A stretch of 64,000 bases of DNA, from positions 496,001-560,000 of the forward strand of contig MU008186.1 in assembly GCA_010909165.1 (NCBI GenBank). Reading direction: 5' to 3'. Positions 48,801 through 61,199 of this stretch are shown here, one piece after another. Origin of the DNA: Anthoceros angustus. Lineage: Eukaryota; Plantae; Anthocerotophyta. The notes below the pieces were generated by a model. That model saw only the letters and a list, made by a program, of their open reading frames with translations, had not been told where the DNA came from and ran no database searches. Position 1 is the first letter of the stretch, and every line of letters starts with the position of its first letter. Both the position numbers and the translations under genes were made by a program.

Positions 48801-51201
48801 CGATCAAGGTGAAGGAGGTCCTTGATAAGTACCGGAGGCAGACATCATTTTCCCCATCGTCACCGAGTGGGTCGCTACCGATTGTGGTGGTTCCCAAGAA
48901 ACAGCCAAATTGGGGTATGCCAAGATTGAGGAAGCTCAACGCGGAGAAGGACCACTTCCGATGCCATTCAGACGACATTTTGGACAAGGTGGTCGGACGG
49001 ACTACTTACTCCTTCCTCGGATGGCTACTCCGGATATAACCAATTGCACCTAAGGGAGTTTGACCGGGACAAGACGACCTTCACTACGGAGTGGGGTACG
49101 CTTGCCTACAAGAGAAGTGCCTTTGGGATGACCGAGCGCCAGGTCGCTCATGCGTATGGTGACCAACGCCTTCCGTGACTTCGAGGGACTTCATGGAGAT
49201 ATTCTGGATGATTTTGTGTGCATGGGGAGCAGGACAAACACCTTGGGCATCTAAGAAGGTGCTTGAGCGCCGGAGACTCAATTGAGCCTACACCCGAGAA
49301 ATGCTACTTTGGAATGACGGAGGGAATCTTGTGGACATCGGTGTGGCTGAATCGAGGTGGACCAGACAAGGTCCGGTCATCCTCCACCGACGAACCTAAA
49401 GGAGCCGAGAGGTTTCGGAATGGTGGGATACTACCGGTTTATTAAGGACTTTAAGAAGAGGCGCTAAGTTGATGTAACCATCGCGAAGGAGGAGGTTTGG
49501 ACCCGGTCACGAGCGAGAGGAGGCCTTCGGATTTAGTAACACCTTGGTAAGCACGGTTCTAAGAGGACCGGACCGAGCAGAAATTTCATGTGTATGTAGA
49601 TGTGTCCGCTTTTGCTATCGGAGTAGTGCCGAGCCGGACGATAAGCGGCGGGATTATCCCGTACTACGCCGGACGATACCACCAGAACGAAAATACACAA
49701 CTAGAGCGCCAAGCATGTATGGTATATGTCGCCAAGAAATTCGACACTACCTACTACCCAAAGTGAGTTTGTGTTCTATGTAGACCACTTTTCAAGCATC
49801 CGGTGAATAAGAGACCGTCCGGACGGATAGCAAGGTGGATATTGTTGCTGCAGGAGTTCACGTCAAGTGGAAACAAGACAAGGGAGGCAGACCAAAATGC
49901 GATTTCGTCACGATTGAAAACAGAAAGTGTGTTGAGAGATCGTGAAGATGCTCCCGGATGAGACATTGGTTGCCGCAGAAAAGTACAACCGAGGAGCCCA
50001 GACAACCCCAAGCTACGAGAATCGCCTTAAGCGAGAAGGAGGGTCCGCCGTCCGACCCACGAAGAAATAGAGCGGTACTGGGAATGGAGCTTCCAAAATC
50101 ACTGTGATGAGGGAGGCATTCGCACTATGCTCGACCCTTCGTAATGTACAACGGTGTGTGTTCAAATTAGGGCCTGACGAGTAGAACGAAGGTACTTGCA
50201 ACCGGCAGAGACAGGAGCTGCCAAGGGAATGCACGAAGGATTGGGGTGGACACAGACAGTCACCACCAAAAGATTTTGAAGCGGATACCGGTGGCCAACA
50301 ATGTATGGGGACACCCACCGCTTAGAAGAAGTGTGATGCTTGTCAGGATCGGAAAGCCAACCCCGACGACAAAGGGCCGCTAGTACCGATATTGGCACCG
50401 CACCTTCAAAAGTGGGGTATTGACTTTGTTGGACCTATACACCACGACAAGACACACACAAAGGAGATACATCCCGTGGCAACGGACATCGCAGTGTGGG
50501 TAGAGGCGGTGCGACAAGAACGGACTCAAATACACGTGGCCAAATTCGCACGAGAACATCATAACCCGGATGATGTCCGCCGCTTGGTAAGTGATAGGGG
50601 AACCCATTTCCTTAATGATGTGGTGGCCGCCATGACGGAGTATTTCGCATCAATCATCGCAAGACGGCACCCTACAATCCTAAGGCCAATGGGTTGACAG
50701 AAGACAAATGGGCTCATCCGCAGGATCTCAATAAACTCAAGGAACTACGCCCATGATCGGATACCAAGTCGCCATCCGCACTGTATGCCCCGGACCAGAG
50801 AAGGTGACCACACAACGGACCCCTTACTTGACCTACGACACTCTCCGTAATGCCGAGAGTTTGAAGTGCCCACTTTTCGAGTAATGATGGAAGGGAGACT
50901 GATAAGAGGAAAGCCACGAGCGACTCTTGGGGTTTAAAAGACACGAGGATGGGAAGAAGCTCACCAAGATGCAGGTGCAAAACCAAAAGATTTGGCACGA
51001 TCGCCGATCATGGAATCGAGTATGTAAAGGAAGGGGACCGCCTCCTTTATGATAGTCGCATGCATTTTCTGCAAACTTCACCGAGATGGATGGGTCCGCA
51101 CTAAGTGGTGCAAGTATATGACAACGGGTCCGTCACCACGATGCCTAGATGGAGAGTCGCTGCCCACTGCAAACGGGTGGGTGAAGAAGTATCATGCTTA
51201 G
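45852..51201 (+). pseudogene. Gypsy gag-pol (frameshifted in this assembly)
   Basis: gag with two CCHC knuckles (CQEHGH; WNCG..RHYSNACP); protease VPLDTG; RT PIVVVPKK and ILDDF; RNaseH; integrase KWGIDFVGPI and LVSDRGTHFLN. Confidence 0.9.
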
Positions 51202-51219
51202 TGTTGGCGAGACGCCAAC

Positions 51220-51233
51220 AGATGAGAAGGGAG
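51220..51233 (+). promoter_or_regulatory. Gypsy polypurine tract
   Basis: AGATGAGAAGGGAG, 2 nt before the TG of the 3' LTR. Confidence 0.85.
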
Positions 51234-51235
51234 TA

Positions 51236-54200
51236 TGTGGGCTATGCACTCGGGAGTTAAGAAATAAGTAGGGTTTTTTTAGGATTGAAGGATAAATAAG
51301 GCGAAAAGGAGGAATAAATTGGGGTAGCGCCGGACGAGGCTCCGAGTATACTCCGACTGGAGTGAACAACGGACCCCACCACTATGGCAAGCTCCGACTA
51401 CGCCGAGTAACGGATAAGTCCGAACCCACCTGTGTCAAAATAGGATAAGTACGCCAGTGAAAGTAACCCAGGAGCGAGGCGTGAGGATGACGAGGCGGCG
51501 CCACGTGGACGGCCCCGAGTGGAGGTCGGGCATGCAGGTCAGACTGAATGCCGCAGGCCGCAGGCAGTATTCACGCCCGCGGCCGCGCGCGCGGCGTAAG
51601 GCGGAAGCGAGGGTCGAGTAAGCCATGCACTCGCGCATGACAACGAAGAGGCGCCCGCCGCCAGCTTACTTCCACAAGCGCCAAGGAGGGAGGTCATGCC
51701 GCCAGCCTCCGCATCCTCACGCCTCCCTTGCGCCCGCAATCCGGCTCGGCGCTATCTTTTGGGCGCCGCCAGAGCGTGGCGCATCACAAGGTTGGAGCAA
51801 CGCGCGAAGGAGGAACATCGTGCCGACTCGCCGCCAGCCTACAAGAGAGGAGGAGAAAGCAATGGCACCCAAAAGCCGACGGAGTCTGGGAGCCATGGAC
51901 CGTGGAGCGCAACATTGTGACCCGCGCTATCCGGACTTCGGGCCCGGCCGGAGGAAGTGTGGGAATTGGTGCAGAGGCATCCGGACGTGTTCCAAATGGT
52001 CTCGACCTTTGACAACGCTACTCTAGTCCGGGAGTTTGCCCGAAGATGCGGCGATCAACAAGGAGGTCCGATCCAAGAACCTCCGGAGGACCCGAGGCGA
52101 TGGACCTTGAGGTCCCGAGGATGGCCTACAACCGCCCAAGGAGGAAGAAGGGGCGTGGTGCCGAGCCCCTTGCGGCGGGGAAGATAGGGCCGCCACGCGC
52201 GGCGAGGCTCGAACGCAGCGACAACCAACGGATGGTTGATATCCGATCCGGATGCCGAGTAAGGGCGGTAGCCCGGATCATTGTCCATTGAACTCGCCAC
52301 CAAGGTGGATCACCTTGGTGATAACTGGTATTCTCGCATGCGCCCAATGGGAAGAGAGCGGACTGGGAAGGATTATCTTCGCCTGTTCGGCCAGAGGCAC
52401 GCAAGCTAAGGAGCGAGAAGCCTCGCCATCGGGCCGACCCCATACCGATTCATGTATGGGGACATTTCGAGCTCTCAAGGAGGGAGAGCTTGAGCGGGCC
52501 CGGGGCCGGAGGCCCCGCCGGTAGAGCGTGCAAGGGCGCCTGAGGTGGGGGTCGCCCTTCAAGACCAAGCGACTCGGGAGGAGGACGATCGAGGATTCCT
52601 GACTCCATACGTCTGAGAGCGAACCCCTCACCACCTGTGGAAGTTTGGGAGGCGATTCCCCTTCCTCCTTTTGGTGCCCTCCGAGCAGCAGTGAGGGAGC
52701 CGATGCCGGAGGGCGCTGGCGGCCGACCGGCTAACAACCAACAACCACGACGGCCGAGCCCCGACGCCTCCGGGAGCCAAGAGGCGAAGACGGTGCCGCT
52801 TACCAACGCAAAGACCTCGAAGGTGGCACTTACCCCCGCCCACGGAGTGGCAAGAGGTCAAGAGGCGTAAGGAGGGCAGAAGGGACGTGGCCCAAGGAGC
52901 AGGAGGTCACCGCGCAGCCCCACCTCGAGCCGGGTCCTGCCCCCGGCTGTGAAGGGGCAAAAGAGCTTGCTCCCGACCCCTCACCTCCTCCGAGCCCTGT
53001 GAGAAAGAGGGCACAAAGGAGTTAGAGGCCAAGAGGGCCAAGAGGGTGAGACTGACCACCACTGTGACCCGAGGGTCCCGATTAGGTCCGAGAACCCCCC
53101 CGACTTACTCCGATCGGTATGGAGGTCCTTGGCGGACCGAGAAATGCCGGCTCCACTACGGACTTTGTGGGGCCTCACTGGCCGTGGAAGAAACACGGCG
53201 AGTCCTGCTACCGCCATGGACGGAATGCTTTGGGGTCTCTGTGGTGAGAAGACCTGTGAAGTGGAGGCCACCCGAGGAGGATGGTGGAACCCAAGAGCAA
53301 GTGAAGGCGGCCGAGGGCAAAGGAAAGGCGGAGTCCTCGCCGGATCGAGGAAGGGAAACGCCGGTGGCGGAGCGAGGCCCGCGGTTCAGCAGATCGGGTT
53401 AAGGTTCTTCACTGGCGAAACAAGCAAGCTGGGAGGCCCAAGCGGGCGGAGGACCTTGCAGCGAAGAGGGAAGCGCAGCAGAGGCGGAAGAGGCCCGGCA
53501 CAAGCAGAGAGAGCTCGGGACTGAGGCGGCCCGGCCAGAGTAGCGCCAAATGGGCGAGGCCTGTAAAGGCGGCGAAGGAGCCAAGTCAAGAGCGACCGGA
53601 TCACCATGACGTGATCGAACCGTGGAGAGAGGCAGCACCGAGGTTAACTCAAGGCCGTGACAAAGTGCTATGGAGCAAGGGCCAAGACTCGGGAGATAGA
53701 GGATCTCCGAGTACACAGGAGGTAGAAGGGAGGCAGCAGATGGAGGGCAGAAGGACACACTGAGCTACAACCCAAGATGCGCTTGAGCAAGCAGTGATTC
53801 TCAACGAGAGAATCCACGACTCGAGCACGAAACAGAGCCCGCCCGCCTCAAGACGGAGGAAAATCGCGACTATCCAAGGAGTTGGACGCTGCTGCCGTAT
53901 GAGCCGGAGGAAGTCCGAGCCTGGACGGAGGTATCCGACCGAGAGGGAGCCGCGGAGCTAAAGGCCGTAATGAACGGGAGCGCGAGCACCGGAAGCGTAA
54001 AAGAAGCCGCCGGTCCAGAGGCGGAAGGGAACGCCGCGCTATGGCGGTAAGTCGGGCGGAAAGGAAACGACGGAGCCGAGCAGGGGAGCAACAGCAGGAG
54101 GTGACCGAGGCCGCCTTGTAGCCTCGCGTGATACAGCCCACCACAACCGGGCAGAGAGGTGGCCCAACAAGCCGCAAAGACGCCCAACACTTATGGCGAG

Positions 54201-55704
54201 GGAGTATCGGTGCCCGCACACGTGGAAGAGGCAATTCAACAAGTCGATCTGTGACTTTGCCTATTACCACGCCGAGCCCCTCAAGGCGAGAAGCCTCGAC
54301 GCCCCGCAGACGGACTGACCGGAAGGCCAAGGAGATGAAGGCCACGGGACAAAGACAGGACCCTAGTGGCCTGCTTGAGATGACGGAGCGCGGAGAGGAG
54401 CAACCGAGGCGTAACGAGGAGCGGATGCGATCGAGGTAAGCACCCGCACCTCACCATGGAAGGAGGGCCAACGGCGAGTCACGGGCGATCGGGAACAGAG
54501 GACTGAGGGAGAGCCACGAGGAGTCCCGTGAGGGAGGAAACCCGGGCGTGAGTCCGACTTTGTCCGGACCCGGAGGAGGCCGGACCAAGTCCGACAATAA
54601 GTCCGACTTTGTCCGGACCAGAATAAGTCCGGACTCAAGTCCGGACTCATAAGTCCGGACCAAGTCCAATAACCGACCGAGGTCCGGACCTGAGACAAGG
54701 TCGGACCTAGCCGGCCGACCTGTTAAGCCGACTCAAGTTCTGTGAGTCGAGACAGACCTCGAGGACCGGTCGGCAAGAAGGAGGAGCCCCTTCGACTTAC
54801 GCTTAGGGGAGCCGAGAATGGTGGCCCCACCGGGCGACCTGTGGAGGCCAGGGAGGATGACGCCGTGGTAACGGGCGCTGTCGACCGCCAGAGCCCAACC
54901 CGGCTGTGATTCCGGGAGAGGAGGGCCCGCCACGGATCATCCGATTGGGTGCACCACAACCGCTGACGGGGATTGACCACCCATTCCGAGGGCCTGTGGA
55001 CCTTCCCACACAAGGCGAAGGAGATAGGGGGATAGGATGGTAGGCGTCGATTAGGGTATACCGAAATGGCTATCACCGTAATAGGGGTGTAATAAAGACG
55101 CCACCTTGGGCGCAGATAAGAGGGCCGAGGTCCTAGTAAAGCATCTTTCTTGGTGTTGATGCCGCTCTGCACCTTTGTGAGTCTTCTTGCTAACGTGAGT
55201 CCCGAGTCACCGAAAGGTGCACGGCGCCCGGGAGATTGATCAAGGTCCCGTGACGACTTAACGCTGCTGTGGTGTGTGCGGGAAGGGTGATCGGTGATCC
55301 GTGTTTCGCCCGAGCCGCGTCCGACACCGAACGGACGAACGCTGTGAGCCGGAGGAACTCCGGAGGGTGTAGAGCCCGGACGGAGAGGCCCGGAACGACG
55401 GAGGAGGTCCGGATCACAGAAGCTTTTTCTAAGATCAAGAGTGTAGCGTGAGAGAGAGAGGAAAGGACCGATGCGTGAGGGATGTATGTGAACGATACGG
55501 ACGAACGGGTCCTTAACGCTTGGCCATACCGGCAGACGGTACGCTGTGAGTAGTTAGGATGTGTGTGTGCCGACCGAACGAGCGCTAAGGACGGTAAGAA
55601 TCACCAAACGCGTAAACGGGCCTATCATTCCTTTGGGAACGGACTTCTTCCTACAACGACACGGATTGTGCGCTACCGCGGCCATCAAGAAAAGTCCCGC
55701 CACA
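51236..55704 (+). repeat. Gypsy 3' LTR (4469 bp)
   Basis: Starts tgtgggctatgcac after the PPT and ends aaagtcccgccaca, matching the 5' LTR end. Confidence 0.93.
51625..54550 (+). pseudogene. Accessory ORF within the gypsy 3' LTR (single copy)
   Basis: Same consensus as 40285-44470, e.g. MWELVQRHPDVFQMVSTFDNATLVREFARRCG. Confidence 0.55.
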
Positions 55705-57545
55705 CGCCAAAGATTGGCCCGCAGCAGGAGGATAATGGCTTGTATAATGTGCGTATGGCATCCGTGTTTGTTGATTATACTCACCGCACATGATGTATGT
55801 ATGCTGCACCACCTCTAGTCCATATGTCCGAATGAATTCTCCAATTAGCACAATGCCCTCAATTCCGGGTTGGTCACACGACACGATGACTTCAAGCGGT
55901 GGAGATCACCAAGTCCGCTATCTCTGTCTTGATCGTCGAATGATATTAAATCCAAGATCTTGCCATTTTCAAAAGCAATTTGGGAGGAAGCAAGCCATTA
56001 AAACGCTTTAAGCTTGTTGAGGGTGGTTTCTTCGTGCACGTGTGTGTGAATGCATTGCGTAGTGACCACTGGATATTCGAGATGAAGACATAAGTCGATC
56101 ACTAACAACAGGGATGTTGGCTTGCTGTGATGTTTCTAGGAGGAAAGGATTGTCCAGATTCTCGGAAAAGAGACCTATGAATGACGAACAGGACGATGTG
56201 AACAGGACGATGAGAACAGTGCAACGATACCAGGAACAAGACGGTTGGATGATAACTTATCAGACCTAAGAGGTCAGCTTTGTCCTCGTTTGGCTTTGAG
56301 CTAAAATGAGGACGGTGGTCGGGCTGCCATGAATACGCTTGAGTGGATCAAAACAAACCCCCACAAACATCTACACAACACGCAGAAGCATGATATAAGT
56401 CTAACAAAGTTCACTTGGAGATCCATGCAATGACTATAAACTAGGAGTATTTCACAAACCGAGTGATGACGGTTATATTTGGAAGGTGGCTCTCGATGGT
56501 TGGTAACAAGCACGTCTCCTCTTCGGATGATCATCCCGTAAATGTGCAAAAGAAGATGCGCAACTTACCACCTTGTGACTTGTATTATGTGACAGATTAG
56601 TTATACATTTTAGCTGATGGGGAGTGTAGAATAGCAACAATTTGCCAAGAATTTAGTTGCCAAGGCACGGCTTGACATTGCTCTAAGTGGATGGGTACAT
56701 GAGACGCATTTGCCACCGTGCTCCATCGACTAAACAAGGCACAAGAAAAATCAAGCGATTCCTCTTGCCAAGACCGCCACTTGAGCTTGAAGGTCACTTA
56801 ATTCCAAATTCCATATAGGTTCTGAAATAGAAAATAGAAAATAATACAAAATAGAACCTTTTTAATATAGTATATATAATAGAAAATAGATCCTTTTATG
56901 AATATAGAACCTAGAACCTAGGTCCAATATAGCGTCCAATCAACGGCCCTTTCCACAACATGTACATGGTGTAGAAGACAGGACATTCCAGTGTCATGCC
57001 ACAGAAAAACAATCGTTGGAGCTTTGGTTCTGCAACTGGGCCATCCACATTTCTCCAGAACAATTGGTCTAAGAGGATGCTCAGCTTTAGAAGCAGACAA
57101 AAAAACCTTCCCATAATGCAGGAACTTGCACAACGTGTTGAGAGCATACAACTCGAAAGGTGAGCAAACTTACTTCAAACTGTTGGTAACTCCAATGCCA
57201 TGGATTCTTACATCACTTATGAGGATCTTCCTATTTTGCCCCATACCTAGAATAAGGATGGCAACGCAAGAAACTCGCTGAGGCTTGGATGACACCCTAG
57301 AAACAATAGTGGCGCTGATGAAAACAAACAAGTCAGTTCTAACTGTCCTGAAGATTACTTACTCTCTACGAAACTGCTTGACAAACACTCCTGCATAATC
57401 ACCATCAGAGGGAGCACCTATCATCATCGCTGTGTCCGTACCCTGGAAGACAGATATTCACGGAAGAAATATCAGTCAACCACCTCATGGAGGGCACTTC
57501 AGGCAGTTCTACAACCATCTGCCATGGGGATCAGGCCCAGGAGTA
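55705..57545 (-). pseudogene. OXP1: 5-oxoprolinase middle and hydantoinase-B exons (right of the gypsy insertion)
   Basis: DFSCALF...VANASHVPIH, GDVLVTNH, GIVLIGEFIRTYGLEVVQ, plus the middle exons shared with copy 1. Confidence 0.85.
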
Positions 57546-58299
57546 GAATGCTACCCACCTCACAGGAGGGCATTACTCCAGCCAGTCATGTTTCTTTTGT
57601 GTGCCTCCTTCAGGCCTGTGCCAGTGTCGGAGCTTTGCATCAGGCATGAGACCACATCTCTTTGGCCAAAGAGATGTGGTCTCATGGACTGCCATGATTG
57701 CAGGTATGCTCAGCATGGTCTCGGTCAAGAGGCCCTCACTTTGTATGCAAGTATGCAGCGTGAGGCTTGACTGCTCCAAATCATGTCACATTCGTGTGCC
57801 TGTCATGAGACCACTTGTCCTGCCTATTGTCCCACCACTGTCTAGGATCTGAGAACAGGTCCTGCCATAACAGCTCCAGCCTGGCTCTCTTCAAAGCTTC
57901 CTGGCTGATATCAATCCCTGCAGACGAAGCTGCGGCTGGCGGGCATGTAGAATCGACACGGATCCATGGTCGTTGCTCAGTCCTTGGTTGCGAATCCTTG
58001 GCCGAACTACCCAAGTCTGGAATCGGAAAAGGGATTCACTGAGCTCACAGCCATAGCTCCCTACGGATTTTATTAAAGTAATTTTCATATTATAGTGGAA
58101 TCAAAAGTATATACGGTATTGTTGAAATTTTAATGTAGGTAGATAGGTATTACCGTTGTCAGTAAGTGGAGTTACTTAACAGGACGACATCTAAGAACAA
58201 AGGCCACTACCTCGAAAGCTCCCGAACTCGTTCATACTCTGCGCAGTGCGGTCTGTGTGAAAGCTGAGGCCTGTGCACTGCACAGAGAGCGCTGTGGTC

Positions 58300-58879
58300 A
58301 TGGACAGGCAGGAGGGAATGTCTTTGCCGCATGATGTGCTTGGGCGCGACTCTCTCAGATTTGGTTTGCCTGCTCTGAAACAAGATGCCTTGCCGAGGCA
58401 TCCTGCCGAGACCGTGCAGCGCACGCATCAGAAGTTGCATGAGGACACCAGGAAAACCATGCTGAGACACCTACAGGGGTCGGCTTTTGTCACAAAGCTG
58501 GACATTGAGCAGCAGATTCTGTCTCGGTAATGAGCTCCCTGTCAGCTAGGACTTGCTCTTCTTCGTGTTCCGGAGACTTATATGGTACTTGGGTGCGCAG
58601 CGTGCAACGGCCGCCGGGTTTGGTTCCTTCCTCCATGCTTGGCTTGACTCCTACAATAGGACCCTGAGAGCTTCGGTTTTGAAGACTATCTCAATGGTAG
58701 CACTGTGTGCTGGAGCACACCTGAAGTTTGAGACTTGGTTAGGCATGTTGTCTCATGACCTCCTCCTGGTGTCTGCAGATCCGCGAGACTCTGAATTGTT
58801 CACACCAGCTGATTTGCATCATGGGATGGAAGTTCGGCTTGGATTGTCTAGTGGTCCTGTTTCGAAGTCGTTCACATGA
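58300..58879 (+). CDS. UMP1: UMP1/POMP, second copy (two single-G losses in exon 2, possibly sequencing errors)
   Basis: Duplicate of 20986-21572. Exons 1 and 3 are open; exon 2 has two 1-nt deletions in GG runs. Confidence 0.8.
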
Positions 58880-59134
58880 GCCCAGGTAGTGCATATGTTT
58901 TGCACCAGAATGTGTCCCTTTTCATATGGCGGTTGTCAGCTTGAAGCTTTTCAGGAAAGGTTAAAGGATACAAAGACCTCTGCTACAAAGTGCTTGACAG
59001 TCTTGAACTAATTACATTAGGCTACTACCTACTGGGTTTCGAGAAAGTATTTGCATCAATGCCGATCCCCACAAGAACACGACCCATTCTGAAAACGGTG
59101 AATACGGTGTGCATCTGTGTTGGTCACGGCAGCT

Positions 59135-60835
59135 AGAGAGTCACATCCAAAGGTTCGTTTTCCTGCGTTTACAGACAGGTACCCCAGAAGTCATTCACAT
59201 CACTCACAGGATGAATATTATTTTCTATAGCAGTGAAGACTTACATGAGGACCGAAGATAGAGAGAAATATTCGGGAATGACATGCCCAAGAACCAGATT
59301 AGCATCAGTGACAGCCAGCTCTCCTCCTTGCTAGCACACTGGTCCCGGATGAGCACTGACGGATTCTGGCCCCACCTGTACCAACCTCTTACCAACTTCA
59401 GGAGCTCAGCCCTGCACCTTATGTGCTTTCTCTTGCTTCTAACACCTAGCATCGTAATACCAAGATGCACTGCAGGTGCCCTCCGTGCTGGGCACCAAGG
59501 ATGCACCTCAGTACCTTGAAGACTCCTGCCTGAAACTTCAATTTTGAGCCCCGACCGCTACAACTGTGTTGATATCAAGTTGTGGAGCCTGCATGTGATT
59601 TCCAATTCAAAGAGTTTGTGACTTGTGAAAGAAATTGGATGGCCACAACAATTTTCTGAAATGAGTAATATGAATCTTACTTGAATGATAACACCTGCAG
59701 TTTGAGTTTCAAAGATTTGCGCGCAGCTCCCGCATACCGACTCACATCCGTGGATGTTCCTCCCATGTCGAAGCCAATCAGCTGTAGAGTACCATGTATG
59801 TGAGGATATGCTTGAGACAGGGAGATGGACTATTCCTGAGACGTAAGACATACAGGCTGGTCGGTTTCGATGGAATAAGTCATCTGTGCGTAGCCAACTA
59901 CTCCTCCTGCAGAACCTGAAAAAACGTGTCGATCTATCTCCATACAAGCCTTAACAAGAAACCTTGGATTTTCTTATGACCGGAAAATCTTTGTTCAGGA
60001 GTAAGACCTCCATCAGACTGCATAAATAAGATGGCCACTTTGCTAAGTCACCTAACATCGTTCATCACAAGCAAAGCTTTAAGATGTTGGTCACACGACT
60101 GATCGACAGTTTATTTCCGTTTTCTCAAGAAGCCAATAGTCGCAGGCATAACATGTCAAGAACCTGAGAGGAAGACAGATAGATACTCCTTGATGACCGG
60201 GGTAAGATCAGCATCCATAGTTGCTGTGAGACCCTTGGAACAGCTCGAATCATAGGAACCAAAGCTGATGAGATCGACACTTGCTTAAAGCCCAGACCAA
60301 TAGCCAGTCTCTCCACCTCCTGCACTGTACACAACATCATGCCCACCTCCTCTTACAAGGCTCCAGTCTCCTTTGCCAGCAGTTCCTGTTTGGGACAACT
60401 GTTCAGAAACAAGCTATCTTGAACAAGCTCAAATTTCAGCTTCACGATCGAAGTTAATACCAGACGCGTTCTGGCTCACCCGGAGCTGAGCCCCTTAAGC
60501 TTTCTCATCCATAGGCTTTACAATCTCCACCAATTCGCCTGAGACTCCTTTTAAAGTAATAACTCCTTGTACCTGCACTCCAGCCAATGCTAGTTGAACA
60601 CGTTCCATCCGCTTCAATCACTTCCTCATATCTGATTCATGTGATTGAATTAGCACCAAAGAAGTGATTTCATCTGTCAATAGCTTTCCAGTTTCTCAAA
60701 TTAATTCAAGAATGAATTTTCGACATACAATGCTGAAGGTTTTGCGACAGTAAGATCAAAAATCTTTGGACGAGCCTGATTTCCAATGAGAAGAAGGTCT
60801 TTGAATCCCTGCCACACGTTCCAATGAGCAAAACA
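59135..60835 (-). pseudogene. OXP1: 5-oxoprolinase N-terminal exons (copy 2)
   Basis: Duplicate of 21830-23530. Confidence 0.88.
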
Positions 60836-61199
60836 AATCAATTCAACTCACAATCTCCACCGTGAATACACCAAGGTATAAGAGTAAGAAAACCCACTTT
60901 GGTGACCCACGGAACTGTTTTGGGCTCTGGACCAATTTGCATCCTCAGTTGGCCTCCAGGAAGCTAAAAGCAGGAGGGCTGGACATGGCACCTCCGGCTT
61001 CCAGGGGCTTCTGGGAACCATCGCAAGGCGCTAGTTATATCCAAGAATTAGCTGGGTCTAAGGGATTACAGCTCGTTTTCAGATCCTGCTCAATGGTGGC
61101 AGAGTTGTCTGAATAAGGCATGTTCGGATTGATGCTTGCTGCCCCACGAGAGTTGTTTTGATTCTCACTTGGGCTGACGATGGAGAGATGAGGACCCTG

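Larger units (their letters stand above)
39887..55704 (+). mobile_element. Full-length Ty3/gypsy LTR retrotransposon (non-chromovirus), 15.8 kb, inserted into OXP1
   Basis: LTRs 39887-45580 and 51236-55704 (TGTGG...CCACA), PBS-like TGGCGC at 45584, PPT at 51220-51233, gag-PR-RT-RNaseH-INT order, no chromodomain. TSD imperfect (cgct/cgcc). Confidence 0.95.
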
